NCBI GenBank assembly: GCA_038870635.1
Contig: JAVZJR010000001.1
Coordinates: 116,740 to 180,739 of the forward strand
DNA: 64,000 bases
Origin: Candidatus Bilamarchaeaceae archaeon
GTDB taxonomy: Archaea > Micrarchaeota > Micrarchaeia > Anstonellales > Bilamarchaeaceae
Direction: 5' to 3'
Within the stretch, counting starts at the first letter, position 1, and every line of letters begins with the position of its first letter. The position numbers were made by a program, and so were the translations under genes. Shown here in pieces: positions 51,761 to 60,712 of this stretch. The notes below the pieces were generated by a model, which was not told the DNA's origin, made no database searches, and worked only from the letters and a program-made list of their open reading frames with translations.

Positions 51761-52630
51761 TCAAATGAAACGCTTAATTAATGGAGATATGTCGACATCC
51801 AAAGACTTCTCCACCAAAGTCTGATCTTTTAATTGCGGCAGTTGCTCTTCGTATGTAGGCCTTTCTTCTTTATAAAATAGACCAATGGGTATTTTTTTGT
51901 ATTCTGTTATCACTTCTTCCTCTGCTTTCTCTCGCGCCGCTTTTTTGTCAGTAGGATTATGACCGCTTTCTTCTAATTTATAAACTCTCTCCCTAAACCA
52001 CTCGTAAGTATTTAATTTATTGAAACTAACACATGGTTGAAAAACTTCAACTAAAGCAAATCCCTTATGAGCAATACCTCCTTTTATTAGTTCTTTTAAA
52101 TGCGGTATATCACCAGCAAAACCTCTTGCAACATAAGTTGCTCCATTATCTATAGCGGTCAGTATAGGATTGAATGGTCTTTCTATAACGCCATGAGGCG
52201 TAGTCTTTGTTTTCATTCCTAAAAGAGTGGTGGCAGAAGCTTGACCAGTTGTCAAACCATACAGCTGATTATCATGCACAATGTAAGTAATGTCATGATT
52301 TCTTCTCATGACATGAACGAAATGCTGAAGACCTTCCTGGTAGCCATCCCCATCACCACCCTCTGCTATAACTGTAAGTTTATGATTGGCAAGTTTTATA
52401 CCTTCTGCTACTGGCACCGGTCTTCCATGAAGACCTTCAAAACCATAAGCCATGACGTAATGTGGAATTTTGCTGCAGCAACCGACCCCAGAGGAAATAA
52501 CAACTTCATGAGGTTGCTTGTTTAATTCAGCTAAAGCCATTTTAAGTGCTGTTAGTACACCGAAGTTTCCACAACCAGGACACCACTGAATTGGTTCTTT
52601 TGCATTAAAATTATTTATGTTTACTGTCAT
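51761..52630 (-). CDS. korB: 2-oxoacid:ferredoxin oxidoreductase beta subunit
   Basis: WCPGCG, GVGC, LHGR, GGDGD, YGLTTGQ, QPC. Confidence 0.95.
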   Translation of the reverse strand: MTVNINNFNAKEPIQWCPGCGNFGVLTALKMALAELNKQPHEVVISSGVGCCSKIPHYVMAYGFEGLHGRPVPVAEGIKLANHKLTVIAEGGDGDGYQEGLQHFVHVMRRNHDITYIVHDNQLYGLTTGQASATTLLGMKTKTTPHGVIERPFNPILTAIDNGATYVARGFAGDIPHLKELIKGGIAHKGFALVEVFQPCVSFNKLNTYEWFRERVYKLEESGHNPTDKKAAREKAEEEVITEYKKIPIGLFYKEERPTYEEQLPQLKDQTLVEKSLDVDISPLIKRFI

Positions 52631-52640
52631 AAAATCACCA

Positions 52641-54434
52641 TCACAAAGAGTATTTTTTAGGATTATAATACTCTAAATCCTCAACATCTAATAGACGAAT
52701 TTCTTTATCTCCCTTATAACCTGCATTAATGAATTTCTTAACTTCTCTATAAAGTTCTTCAGCATATATCGGTCTGCCGGTGTACTTCAATATGGTAATA
52801 GTAGGTTTCCACCCACAACACTCCCTAAGCAAACCGCCAAAAAGAGATGTTGAATTATTTTCGAAAAGAACAGTATATTTTGCGTTCTTTAGCATTTTCT
52901 TTATTTTTTTGCCGTCAAGTGGATAAACAACACTAAAGTGCACCATATTTGCTTTTATCCCATCTTTCTTTAGCATTTCTATTGCCTTGATGCCAGGTAT
53001 TTTCATAGAACCCCAAGTAACAAAAGTTATTTCAGCATTCTCGTCGCCATAAACAGAAGGAAGAGGCAAATCTTTCAACATCTTTTTTATTTTTGCTGCT
53101 CTTTTATCCACTTGAGCTTTTCTCATAGAAAATAATTCAGTACTAAAACCTGTTTCATCATGCTCATATGAAGATGCAACATGTATTCCATTTGGCGTTC
53201 CAGGGAAAACACGAGGGGATATTCCATCCTTAGTTAATTCATAACGTTTAAATCTTCCATCTATTTTTTTTGGAGAATCTACTATTTTTCCCCTCTCTAT
53301 TTTAACTTCAGGAAGAGAATCAAGAGAGAAAACACTTTCAGATAAAAATTTATCTGAAAGCACAATAACAGGCACTTGATATTTCTCTGCATAATTAAAT
53401 GCTTGCGCGGAAAGTTCAAATGCTTCTTTGGCATCTCCTGGTGCAAGCAAAACTCTTAAGAATTCGCCTTGGCCAGCATGCAATGCTTGTCGTAAATCAC
53501 CTTGCTCTGTCCACGTTGGCATACATGTGCTCGGCCCTGGTCTGCTTGCTAAATAGATTACAATTGGGGTTTCGCTCAATGCGGCCAGTGCAACTGCTTC
53601 TGTTTTTAGGGCAAAACCACCACCAGATGTTCCTGTTGCTGCACGTACTCCTGCATAAGCCGCACCGATTGCTTCGTTTATTGCAGTTATCTCATCTTCT
53701 ACTTGTTTCACTACAATACCAACTTCGCGCTCAACTTCACAGAGATAGTGAAGAATAGAAGAAGATGGGGTCATTGGGTAAGCAGAATAAAATTTAAGAC
53801 CTCCTTTTAATGCACCAAGAGCTAAAAACTCATTACCAGTGGCAAATATTTTTTTGTTTTGACTAATTGGTTTTAGTGAAAAAACAGGTTTTATATTAAC
53901 TTTAACGTAATTATAACCCTCACGAGCAGCAGCGATATTTTTTAAAACAACCTCCTCTCCCTTTCTCGAGAACTCATCTCGTATTACACTTTCCAATATT
54001 TCTATGGGGTAATCAATAGTCGCCAAAGCCACCCCTATCTCCAAAGCGTTTGCCATTAATGGCGTTGCGCCAACTTTTTCAAGAAGTTCTTTTATTGGTA
54101 GAGCAACTAATTGCACATTTTCTTTTAGGTTAATATTAGTAATATCTATTTCCTTATCATATATTATTATACCTCCACTGACGATTGCTTCTTTATGATA
54201 AAATAGAGCATCTTTATTTAGAGCAAGCAAAACATTGCAAGAGTAAGAAGGCGAATAAGCGTTGTTATCACTCACTATTATTTGATAAACATTATGGCCA
54301 CCCCGTACAATTGAAGGATATTCTGGATAGCCTAAAACGTTATAACCGCCTCGAGTAAAACATTTACCAAGCATTCTGCCGGTTACCATTACCCCTTCCC
54401 CAGCCTTTGCACCTATTCTAAAAGCAAAAATCAT
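52641..54434 (-). CDS. korA: 2-oxoacid:ferredoxin oxidoreductase alpha subunit (gamma-alpha fusion)
   Basis: AGEGV, YPMTPSS, EDE, TSGGG, RPGPST. Confidence 0.95.
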   Translation of the reverse strand: MIFAFRIGAKAGEGVMVTGRMLGKCFTRGGYNVLGYPEYPSIVRGGHNVYQIIVSDNNAYSPSYSCNVLLALNKDALFYHKEAIVSGGIIIYDKEIDITNINLKENVQLVALPIKELLEKVGATPLMANALEIGVALATIDYPIEILESVIRDEFSRKGEEVVLKNIAAAREGYNYVKVNIKPVFSLKPISQNKKIFATGNEFLALGALKGGLKFYSAYPMTPSSSILHYLCEVEREVGIVVKQVEDEITAINEAIGAAYAGVRAATGTSGGGFALKTEAVALAALSETPIVIYLASRPGPSTCMPTWTEQGDLRQALHAGQGEFLRVLLAPGDAKEAFELSAQAFNYAEKYQVPVIVLSDKFLSESVFSLDSLPEVKIERGKIVDSPKKIDGRFKRYELTKDGISPRVFPGTPNGIHVASSYEHDETGFSTELFSMRKAQVDKRAAKIKKMLKDLPLPSVYGDENAEITFVTWGSMKIPGIKAIEMLKKDGIKANMVHFSVVYPLDGKKIKKMLKNAKYTVLFENNSTSLFGGLLRECCGWKPTITILKYTGRPIYAEELYREVKKFINAGYKGDKEIRLLDVEDLEYYNPKKYSL

Positions 54435-54515
54435 TCTTCCACCTTGTGAGGTATTCAAAACATAATACTTTTAAATTATTGCATTTGCCTACAAACTAAA
54501 CGACAAAAAGCGTAT

Positions 54516-55226
54516 TTATCTTATTGGAATGTATTTTTTATATTTTATTAATGTTTTAAGTGGGCTATTAGAAAAACGTGGGGCGACCGTTAGGTTTGCA
54601 TAATAAATAATCGATTTAAGTGTATTACCACGAGTAAATCTTCTAGCAGAAGTTATAACAATTGGTTCAGGTAAGTATACTACACGGCCGTGTTTTTGAA
54701 GCTCTATAGCAAAAGCACCATCTTCTAAAGGTGCATCAGGAAAACCACCAGCCTTCATAAAAATGCTTTTCGAAACTGCATTGTTAAAACCAAGTATTTC
54801 TCCTTTACCAATTGAGCCTTTAAAAAGAAGATATTTATTTGAAAGCTCTTCTATTAATCTCAAATACTTTGTATGCTTATCAAATTTAAAAGCACATGAA
54901 AGACCGCTTACTTTCTTATCTTTTAAAACAGAGTAGACCACATCAATATAATTTTTTGGTATTTGAGTATCTGCATCTACAAAAACAAAAACATCACCTT
55001 TTGCAACAGCTGCGCCTTTGTTCCTACCTATCCATATTCCAGTTTGACTTATTGATAAAAATTGATCGGCATATTTTTTTGCTATATCTAATGTGCAATC
55101 AGTACTTTTACTATCAACCACTATAAGTTCATAATCTAAATTCGTATCCTGCGCGCGAATAGACTTAAGACATTTTTTCAAGTATTTTCCCTCATTCAAA
55201 GTTGGCACTATGACTGAAACATCCAT
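54516..55226 (-). CDS. GT2 glycosyltransferase
   Basis: VPTLNE, DSKSTD, FVDAD, ED, TSARR. Confidence 0.9.
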   Translation of the reverse strand: MDVSVIVPTLNEGKYLKKCLKSIRAQDTNLDYELIVVDSKSTDCTLDIAKKYADQFLSISQTGIWIGRNKGAAVAKGDVFVFVDADTQIPKNYIDVVYSVLKDKKVSGLSCAFKFDKHTKYLRLIEELSNKYLLFKGSIGKGEILGFNNAVSKSIFMKAGGFPDAPLEDGAFAIELQKHGRVVYLPEPIVITSARRFTRGNTLKSIIYYANLTVAPRFSNSPLKTLIKYKKYIPIR

Positions 55227-55245
55227 CTTTTCACCAAATAAAAAA

Positions 55246-55318
55246 TGGGGGAACTGAGATTTGAACTCAGATAACCAGCTCCCAAAGCTGACAGCATACC
55301 AGGTTAGCTCATTCCCCC
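55246..55318 (-). tRNA. tRNA-Pro(TGG), no intron
   Basis: GGGGGAA/TTCCCCC acceptor; CAGC-TTTGGGA-GCTG; CTGAG TTCAAAT CTCAG. Confidence 0.92.
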
Positions 55319-55325
55319 AACACTA

Positions 55326-55466
55326 TGCAGGGAGCAGGATTTGAACCTGCGTAGACGCTGAGTCAACAGATTTCTCATCGCACAATCGCGAAGAGAACGA
55401 TCTTGAGTCTGTCGCGTTTGACCATTGCGGTTTGCTTTTCGATGGGCAAATCTCCGCCATCCCTGC
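55326..55466 (-). tRNA. tRNA-Leu(CAA) with introns at 15/16 (55425-55451) and 37/38 (55372-55401)
   Basis: GCAGGGA/TCCCTGC acceptor; BHB helices GCGG/CCGC and CTCA/TGAG with 3-nt bulges; long variable arm. Confidence 0.9.
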
Positions 55467-55575
55467 AAAAATACAGTATAGTATATTTAGCAAAATTTAT
55501 TAAATAGTTTTCAATTGGGAATTTGGTTAATATTGAACAAAGACATGCCAAGCCACCAGCCTTATTTGAAACACT

Positions 55576-55795
55576 TAATTAAGAAAATAGAAAGAAAAGA
55601 AAGCGAATGTAATGAAATGGAATGAGCGTACAGGAGATATAGATATGCTTAGAAAACAGAAAGGGAATTGTGCGAACGGAGTGAGCACTGCTGCAAACTT
55701 GCTAAAAACATCTAATTAAGAAAATAGAAAGAAAAGAAAGCGAATGTAATGAAATGGAATGAGCGTACAGGAGATATAGATATGCTTAGAAAACA
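55576..55795. repeat. 83-bp exact direct repeat (55576-55658, 55713-55795)
   Basis: taattaagaaaatag...gcttagaaaaca twice, period 137. Confidence 0.92.
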
Positions 55796-55800
55796 TAAGA

Positions 55801-55889
55801 TGGGCCCGCCCGGAATCGAACCGGGAATCTTTACCGTGTCAGGGTAACGTCTTAACCATTGTCGAGAAGAACTTTTCGACTACAGGCCC
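55801..55889 (-). tRNA. tRNA-Val(GAC) with 16-nt intron at 15/16 (55859-55874)
   Basis: GGGCCTG/CGGGCCC acceptor; TTACC-CTGACAC-GGTAA; BHB helix GTCG/CGAC with bulges AAA and AAT. Confidence 0.9.
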
Positions 55890-55943
55890 AAAACAAAGTA
55901 TGAGTTAGATAATAAATAATGTTTATAAAATAATTGGAGGTAT

Positions 55944-57128
55944 TTAACGTGATCTTACTAAAAAGATAAGTGTAAGAAATATAAGAGCAGATGCACAGCT
56001 TTTGTCTAATTTTGTCTTTTTTTCAATAACGATTTCTTTACTATACGTATTATCATTGAATTTAACTTCAATTGGAATGTGATAAACAAATCCATCAGCA
56101 AAATTACCGTTCAGCTCAACTTTTTCCTCATATGCAGAAAAAGGTGCTAATAAGATAACCTTCTTCTGCTCTCCGCCATAATTATCAGGAAGTAAAAGAC
56201 GGTAAGTACCAACAGCAAAATAACTTGTAGGATTTTCTAATTTAATCAAAATTACTTTATTTTGCTCATCAAATGAAAGAAAAATAGAAACATTATCATC
56301 TCGCATACTTTCATTAATGAGTTCAATAGATGCCCTTGTTTCTAGTTCTATCTTTTTACCACTCTGTATTTTATCGTATATTTCATCTGCATCTTTACCA
56401 TAAGAAACGGCCACGCGACTGCTAGTGAGCACCCCCCCTTCAGCAAAAGTTGGGTCAAAAGAAATCCATTTGTTACCAACTTTAACCTGCGCCCATGCAT
56501 GGGGTTGCCAAATATTCAAAGGCTTATCTGTAAGTGCATATCCACCTACATATCTTGTCTCAAGGCCAATTGAATTTGCTAACGAAATAAAAAGATGAGT
56601 ATACTCTGCGCACACTCCTTCTTTTCTCTTAAAGACAATTTTTGCAGGAATGTTTTTTCCAGAATAAGAAATATCATAGACCATATTTTTATGCACGAAG
56701 TTTGAGAGTGCAACAGCACTTGCAAGAGAAGAAGAATTAGTAAGAGAAATGGCAGTTTTTGCCATTTCGTCATCATAAGCAGTTAGGGGTGTTGATTGAG
56801 GGTTAAATGGAACGATTTGGGGGTCGTTCTCTATTCTCGGCTCGTAATAATTTATTACTTTTGCCCGCGCTCTAAAAATTTCATAACCGTCAAAATCGCC
56901 ATAATAATAAGCCAACAATCTATCTCCGTCAGAAATAATTTTAAGCGGAGGGTCTACTTCCACTTCAACAACCCTCTGTTCTGTTGTGTTAAGTAAAAAG
57001 ATACCTGTAAAATTTATTTTAGATGGCTCTCCACTAATAACCCACTCTTTTTCGAATTCAATTGTGCTTTGTCCATAATATGAAAAAAACAAAGATAAGA
57101 GTATTAATAAAAAAAATATTTTTTTCAT
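55944..57128 (-). CDS. Exported transglutaminase-like protein with C-terminal membrane anchor
   Basis: Signal peptide; GVCAEY, HAW and DPT triad; C-terminal C-ASALIFL...RSR. Confidence 0.88.
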   Translation of the reverse strand: MKKIFFLLILLSLFFSYYGQSTIEFEKEWVISGEPSKINFTGIFLLNTTEQRVVEVEVDPPLKIISDGDRLLAYYYGDFDGYEIFRARAKVINYYEPRIENDPQIVPFNPQSTPLTAYDDEMAKTAISLTNSSSLASAVALSNFVHKNMVYDISYSGKNIPAKIVFKRKEGVCAEYTHLFISLANSIGLETRYVGGYALTDKPLNIWQPHAWAQVKVGNKWISFDPTFAEGGVLTSSRVAVSYGKDADEIYDKIQSGKKIELETRASIELINESMRDDNVSIFLSFDEQNKVILIKLENPTSYFAVGTYRLLLPDNYGGEQKKVILLAPFSAYEEKVELNGNFADGFVYHIPIEVKFNDNTYSKEIVIEKKTKLDKSCASALIFLTLIFLVRSR

Positions 57129-57140
57129 AGTACCAACGAA

Positions 57141-58442
57141 TTAATTTTTTCTTCTTATTTTATTCATTCTATCTATTCTTTTTTGTATAAGACTTTTTGT
57201 GCCGATATCTTTTCTATGCCAGACAGGACCGCTTACAAAAGTGCATGCTTTTTCAGCTATTTGCTCTGCTTCTTCCATCTTCTGAGAGATACCGAGGATA
57301 CCAAATGCACGAGAGGAAGTTGTATAAATTCGCCCATCTTTTTCATAAACTGACGCATAATAGACCTTTGCGCCCTCTCTTTCTATTGCCTTCTCGTCTA
57401 TTTTTACTTCAGCATCTTTTTTAGGATTATCTGGATAGCCCTCTGGAACAAGATATTTTACAACTGTGCACTTTTTATCAAAATTAATTTTTCCTAATGA
57501 ACCATCGACAATACTCCCAAATACATTAGATAGAGAATCGCGGAGAAGGGCAAGAACATTCATCGCTTCAGGATCTCCGAATCTCGAGTTAAACTCTATA
57601 ACTTTTACACCATCAGCAGTTGCCATAAACTGACCGTACAACACTCCTTTGAACTCTGCGCCTTCATCTCTAAGGGCGATTATTGTTTTTTGCATTATAT
57701 CTTTTGCCTCTTCAATATCTTTATTTTCTAAAAATGGTAAAATATCTCCTGTTGAATAGCTGCCCATACCGCCAGTGTTCGGACCAATATCATTTTCAAA
57801 TGCGCGTTTATGGTCTTGAACAGGTGGCATAAACGAAAGATTTTTTCCATCGCTGAACGCTTGGAGGGTAAATTCTTCCCCTATAAGTTTTTCTTCTATA
57901 AGAACAACGCCATCTTTAGCAATTAACTCTTTAATATAAGGTGCGATTTCTGCATAGGTTGAAAAATGCTCACCACTTATTTTAACGCCTTTACCACCAG
58001 TTAAACCAAGCGGCTTTACTGCAATTTCGCCTAATTCATCCATGGCTTTTTTTGCTTCATCAAGGTTTTTAGCAAAAAATAATCTAGGCGAACCTGGAAT
58101 TTTATACTTTTCTAATAGCATTCTTGCAAAACCCTTATCCCATTCTATGCGAGCTGCATTTTTTGATGGAGATGCTACCTCTCCAAAATTTGATAGTACA
58201 TCTGATATTCCTGCTGCCAAAGTGGCATCCGGACTGGAAAAGCAAATATCAAAACTCTCACCAGCAAGTGCTTTTGAAACAGCTTCTGGTGAGTGTATAT
58301 CTGCCAACCAATATTTTTTTGAAAGACGGGCGATTGCTGGATTTTTTTTCGGCATCACTGAGTAAAGCTCTGCGTCGCGTGCTATACATTCTGCGATAGC
58401 GTGCTCTCTTGCCCCATTCCCAACTATTAAAATCTTGGTCAT
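57141..58442 (-). CDS. purD: Phosphoribosylamine--glycine ligase
   Basis: GNGAREHA, GGKGV, QDHKR, GPNTGGMG, EFNSRFGDPE. Confidence 0.97.
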   Translation of the reverse strand: MTKILIVGNGAREHAIAECIARDAELYSVMPKKNPAIARLSKKYWLADIHSPEAVSKALAGESFDICFSSPDATLAAGISDVLSNFGEVASPSKNAARIEWDKGFARMLLEKYKIPGSPRLFFAKNLDEAKKAMDELGEIAVKPLGLTGGKGVKISGEHFSTYAEIAPYIKELIAKDGVVLIEEKLIGEEFTLQAFSDGKNLSFMPPVQDHKRAFENDIGPNTGGMGSYSTGDILPFLENKDIEEAKDIMQKTIIALRDEGAEFKGVLYGQFMATADGVKVIEFNSRFGDPEAMNVLALLRDSLSNVFGSIVDGSLGKINFDKKCTVVKYLVPEGYPDNPKKDAEVKIDEKAIEREGAKVYYASVYEKDGRIYTTSSRAFGILGISQKMEEAEQIAEKACTFVSGPVWHRKDIGTKSLIQKRIDRMNKIRRKN

Positions 58443-58447
58443 AAAAA

Positions 58448-58576
58448 TCACTTTGTCTTTTTGAAAATTATTTCACGTAAGCGTTTGAGGAGTCCTTTTT
58501 CCAATGGTTTTAAAATTATGTACTTCCTTTCTGTTGGGTAGTGCTTGATTATTTCAAACTCGAAAGTTTCTTCCAT
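58448..58576 (-). CDS. 42-aa micro-ORF (not in ORF track)
   Basis: MEETFEFEIIKHYPTERKYIILKPLEKGLLKRLREIIFKKTK; TAATG coupling, GGAGG SD, fills the gap to purD exactly. Confidence 0.6.
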   Translation of the reverse strand: MEETFEFEIIKHYPTERKYIILKPLEKGLLKRLREIIFKKTK

Positions 58577-59277
58577 TACTCAAACCTCCTCTTTATGTAC
58601 CCTTCAGTAATGAGCATGTTTATTCCTTCCTCAACGCGTGGTACAGGAACGCGATTTATCTTTGAAAATTCCATAACGTTGAGTTTACCGCCGTGAAGCT
58701 TTATCCATTCATAAAGCATTTCTTTAAGGGTTTCATCATCGTAGGCCATAAGTCGCTCGACTTTTCTTCTTAGTTCATCTCTTTTATTCTCACACTCAAT
58801 GAGAACTCTTGCATTTGCCTCACTTGATTGAAGAAGGTCATCATACTTTGCCTTTAAAACACGGTATTTACTTTTCATCTCGCTCAGTTCTATCGATAGC
58901 TCTATCATGTCTTTGCCGACTAACTTTAATGCTTCAGCTAGTGCTTCATTTATCTCATAATATATAGTAGATGGCTTTATATCGTAGTAGTCTTCAACTA
59001 TTTGAAGAACATTTAAGAATACTGGCAAAACTGAAAGAAGCCGTGCTCGTTTGTTTTTTCCTTTAATGATTTCGTACTCCAACAATATCTCAGATGGAGC
59101 AAGCGTTATCCTATAATCGAGTTCTGGCTTTCCCTTCAAGTCATAACCAAAAACTTTTTCTACTACAAGAGTTTCGTTCAAATAAGAGATTTTAGTAAAA
59201 CCAAGATTTCCCATGAGAGAAGCAAGGGGCCGTATGCTCTTTTTTTGCTGTGCCTTAAATGATATTTTCTCCACCAT
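58576..59277 (-). CDS. Coiled-coil protein with C-terminal winged-helix-like domain
   Basis: Heptad region then HGGKLNVMEFSK..VPVPRVEEGINMLITEGYI. Confidence 0.7.
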   Translation of the reverse strand: MVEKISFKAQQKKSIRPLASLMGNLGFTKISYLNETLVVEKVFGYDLKGKPELDYRITLAPSEILLEYEIIKGKNKRARLLSVLPVFLNVLQIVEDYYDIKPSTIYYEINEALAEALKLVGKDMIELSIELSEMKSKYRVLKAKYDDLLQSSEANARVLIECENKRDELRRKVERLMAYDDETLKEMLYEWIKLHGGKLNVMEFSKINRVPVPRVEEGINMLITEGYIKRRFE

Positions 59278-59278
59278 A

Positions 59279-60712
59279 CTATTCCTCCATTATGACGCTA
59301 ACAACACCGCGAGCTGCTTTTCTCATTTTAGCAAGAGAGAATATTCTAACTATATTTTTCTCCTCAAAACCTAACTGCCTAAGAAAAGATATTATAGAAG
59401 AGCGAGAGTAACCAAATCTTTCCAACAATTCAACAAATACTTCGCCATCCAACATACCGTCTTTCTTTTCAAATTCTTTCTTAACAATGCTAAGCTGGCT
59501 TTCTGTAAGGCCAAGCTCATAAAGCATTTTAATGAATTGTTCTCTTTCTATTTCGATATCCATTCCACCACCATTTATTTTATAAATAAATAAAGGGTCT
59601 TCACCATCTATTTTTTCCATAAGGAAGGTCGTCACTCTATCTTGTCTTTCTGAGAATATCATGTTCACAGCAGCATCACCAACACCAAATTTCGCTACTT
59701 CTTGGTCTATAAAATCAGAGTAACCTATGGATTCCTTCACAAAATCACGATATTCTTTCAGTATTAATCTAAGGGTTATTATCGTACCCATATTGCTAAA
59801 TATAGTCTTATGAATATCTGTTGGATTTTGGGTTGCTATTATAAGAGAGAAATTATATTTTCTACCCTCGCGCACTATAGTAACAACATCACTTTTCTCA
59901 TCTTGCGCAATTTTCCAAGCTTCATCCAAAACTACGAAAAGACGGATTTTCTTTCCTTCTTGCATACCTTCTGTTCTCATAAGTTCCTTTACATATTGAA
60001 GTATAGTCAATCCAGCAAGGCTCCGCATTTCCTCAGTTGGAAGATTATGTAAATCAACGCATACAAGACCGCTGTTGGTGAGTTTCTTTATATCCAAAGT
60101 AGTGCCGCCTGCAAAAAAGTCACTTCCCTCAGTTGTAAAACGCTTAAGTAATCTCGCAGCTTTTTGGCGTTTCTTTCTTATCAAATAATTTATAACATCA
60201 AGAAGAATTGGCTTCCTCTTCTTATCATAAACTACTTCTAACGCTTCTTCTATTTCATCGCGCTCGTTAGGAAAAGAACGCAAATCTGCAAGAAGGTCGA
60301 ATGCGGCCATTATCTGTTTTATCCTGCTGCTCTTCGGAAGGCCTACTAAATCAAGAATATTTAATTTCTCTTTTGCAAGGTCTATAACCCTTCCGCCTGC
60401 TTGTCTTACCCATTTATCGTATTCCCCAACCCAATCAAGTATAAGTGCATTGCTATTCCAAATGAGTGAGGCGCGTGTTATGAATGTCTTCACAGTATAA
60501 GACTTACCAGAACCAGTGATACCAATTATCGCAATATGTGGATTTATCAGCTTATCCGGATTCCAAAAAACTGGGACGTGCATAAAGCGTGTTTTTCCTA
60601 TATAAACTCCTTCAAAGGGAGATGAAAGCAACATTTCTTTTCTTGGTTCTGGAGGGTGAGTAAACGGTAAGCGAGATGCAACATCTTTTGAGAGAAGGTA
60701 GGACAACCTCAA
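59279..60712 (-). CDS. VirB4/HerA-like (FtsK-HerA superfamily) ATPase
   Basis: PHIAIIGITGSGKS, ILDWVGEY, VVLDEAW, REGRKY, ATQ. Confidence 0.88.
   Translation of the reverse strand: MRLSYLLSKDVASRLPFTHPPEPRKEMLLSSPFEGVYIGKTRFMHVPVFWNPDKLINPHIAIIGITGSGKSYTVKTFITRASLIWNSNALILDWVGEYDKWVRQAGGRVIDLAKEKLNILDLVGLPKSSRIKQIMAAFDLLADLRSFPNERDEIEEALEVVYDKKRKPILLDVINYLIRKKRQKAARLLKRFTTEGSDFFAGGTTLDIKKLTNSGLVCVDLHNLPTEEMRSLAGLTILQYVKELMRTEGMQEGKKIRLFVVLDEAWKIAQDEKSDVVTIVREGRKYNFSLIIATQNPTDIHKTIFSNMGTIITLRLILKEYRDFVKESIGYSDFIDQEVAKFGVGDAAVNMIFSERQDRVTTFLMEKIDGEDPLFIYKINGGGMDIEIEREQFIKMLYELGLTESQLSIVKKEFEKKDGMLDGEVFVELLERFGYSRSSIISFLRQLGFEEKNIVRIFSLAKMRKAARGVVSVIMEE

Noticed and set aside
55576..55795. Possible CRISPR array
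   Set aside because: Only two 83-bp copies, too long for CRISPR repeats, and no cas genes in the window
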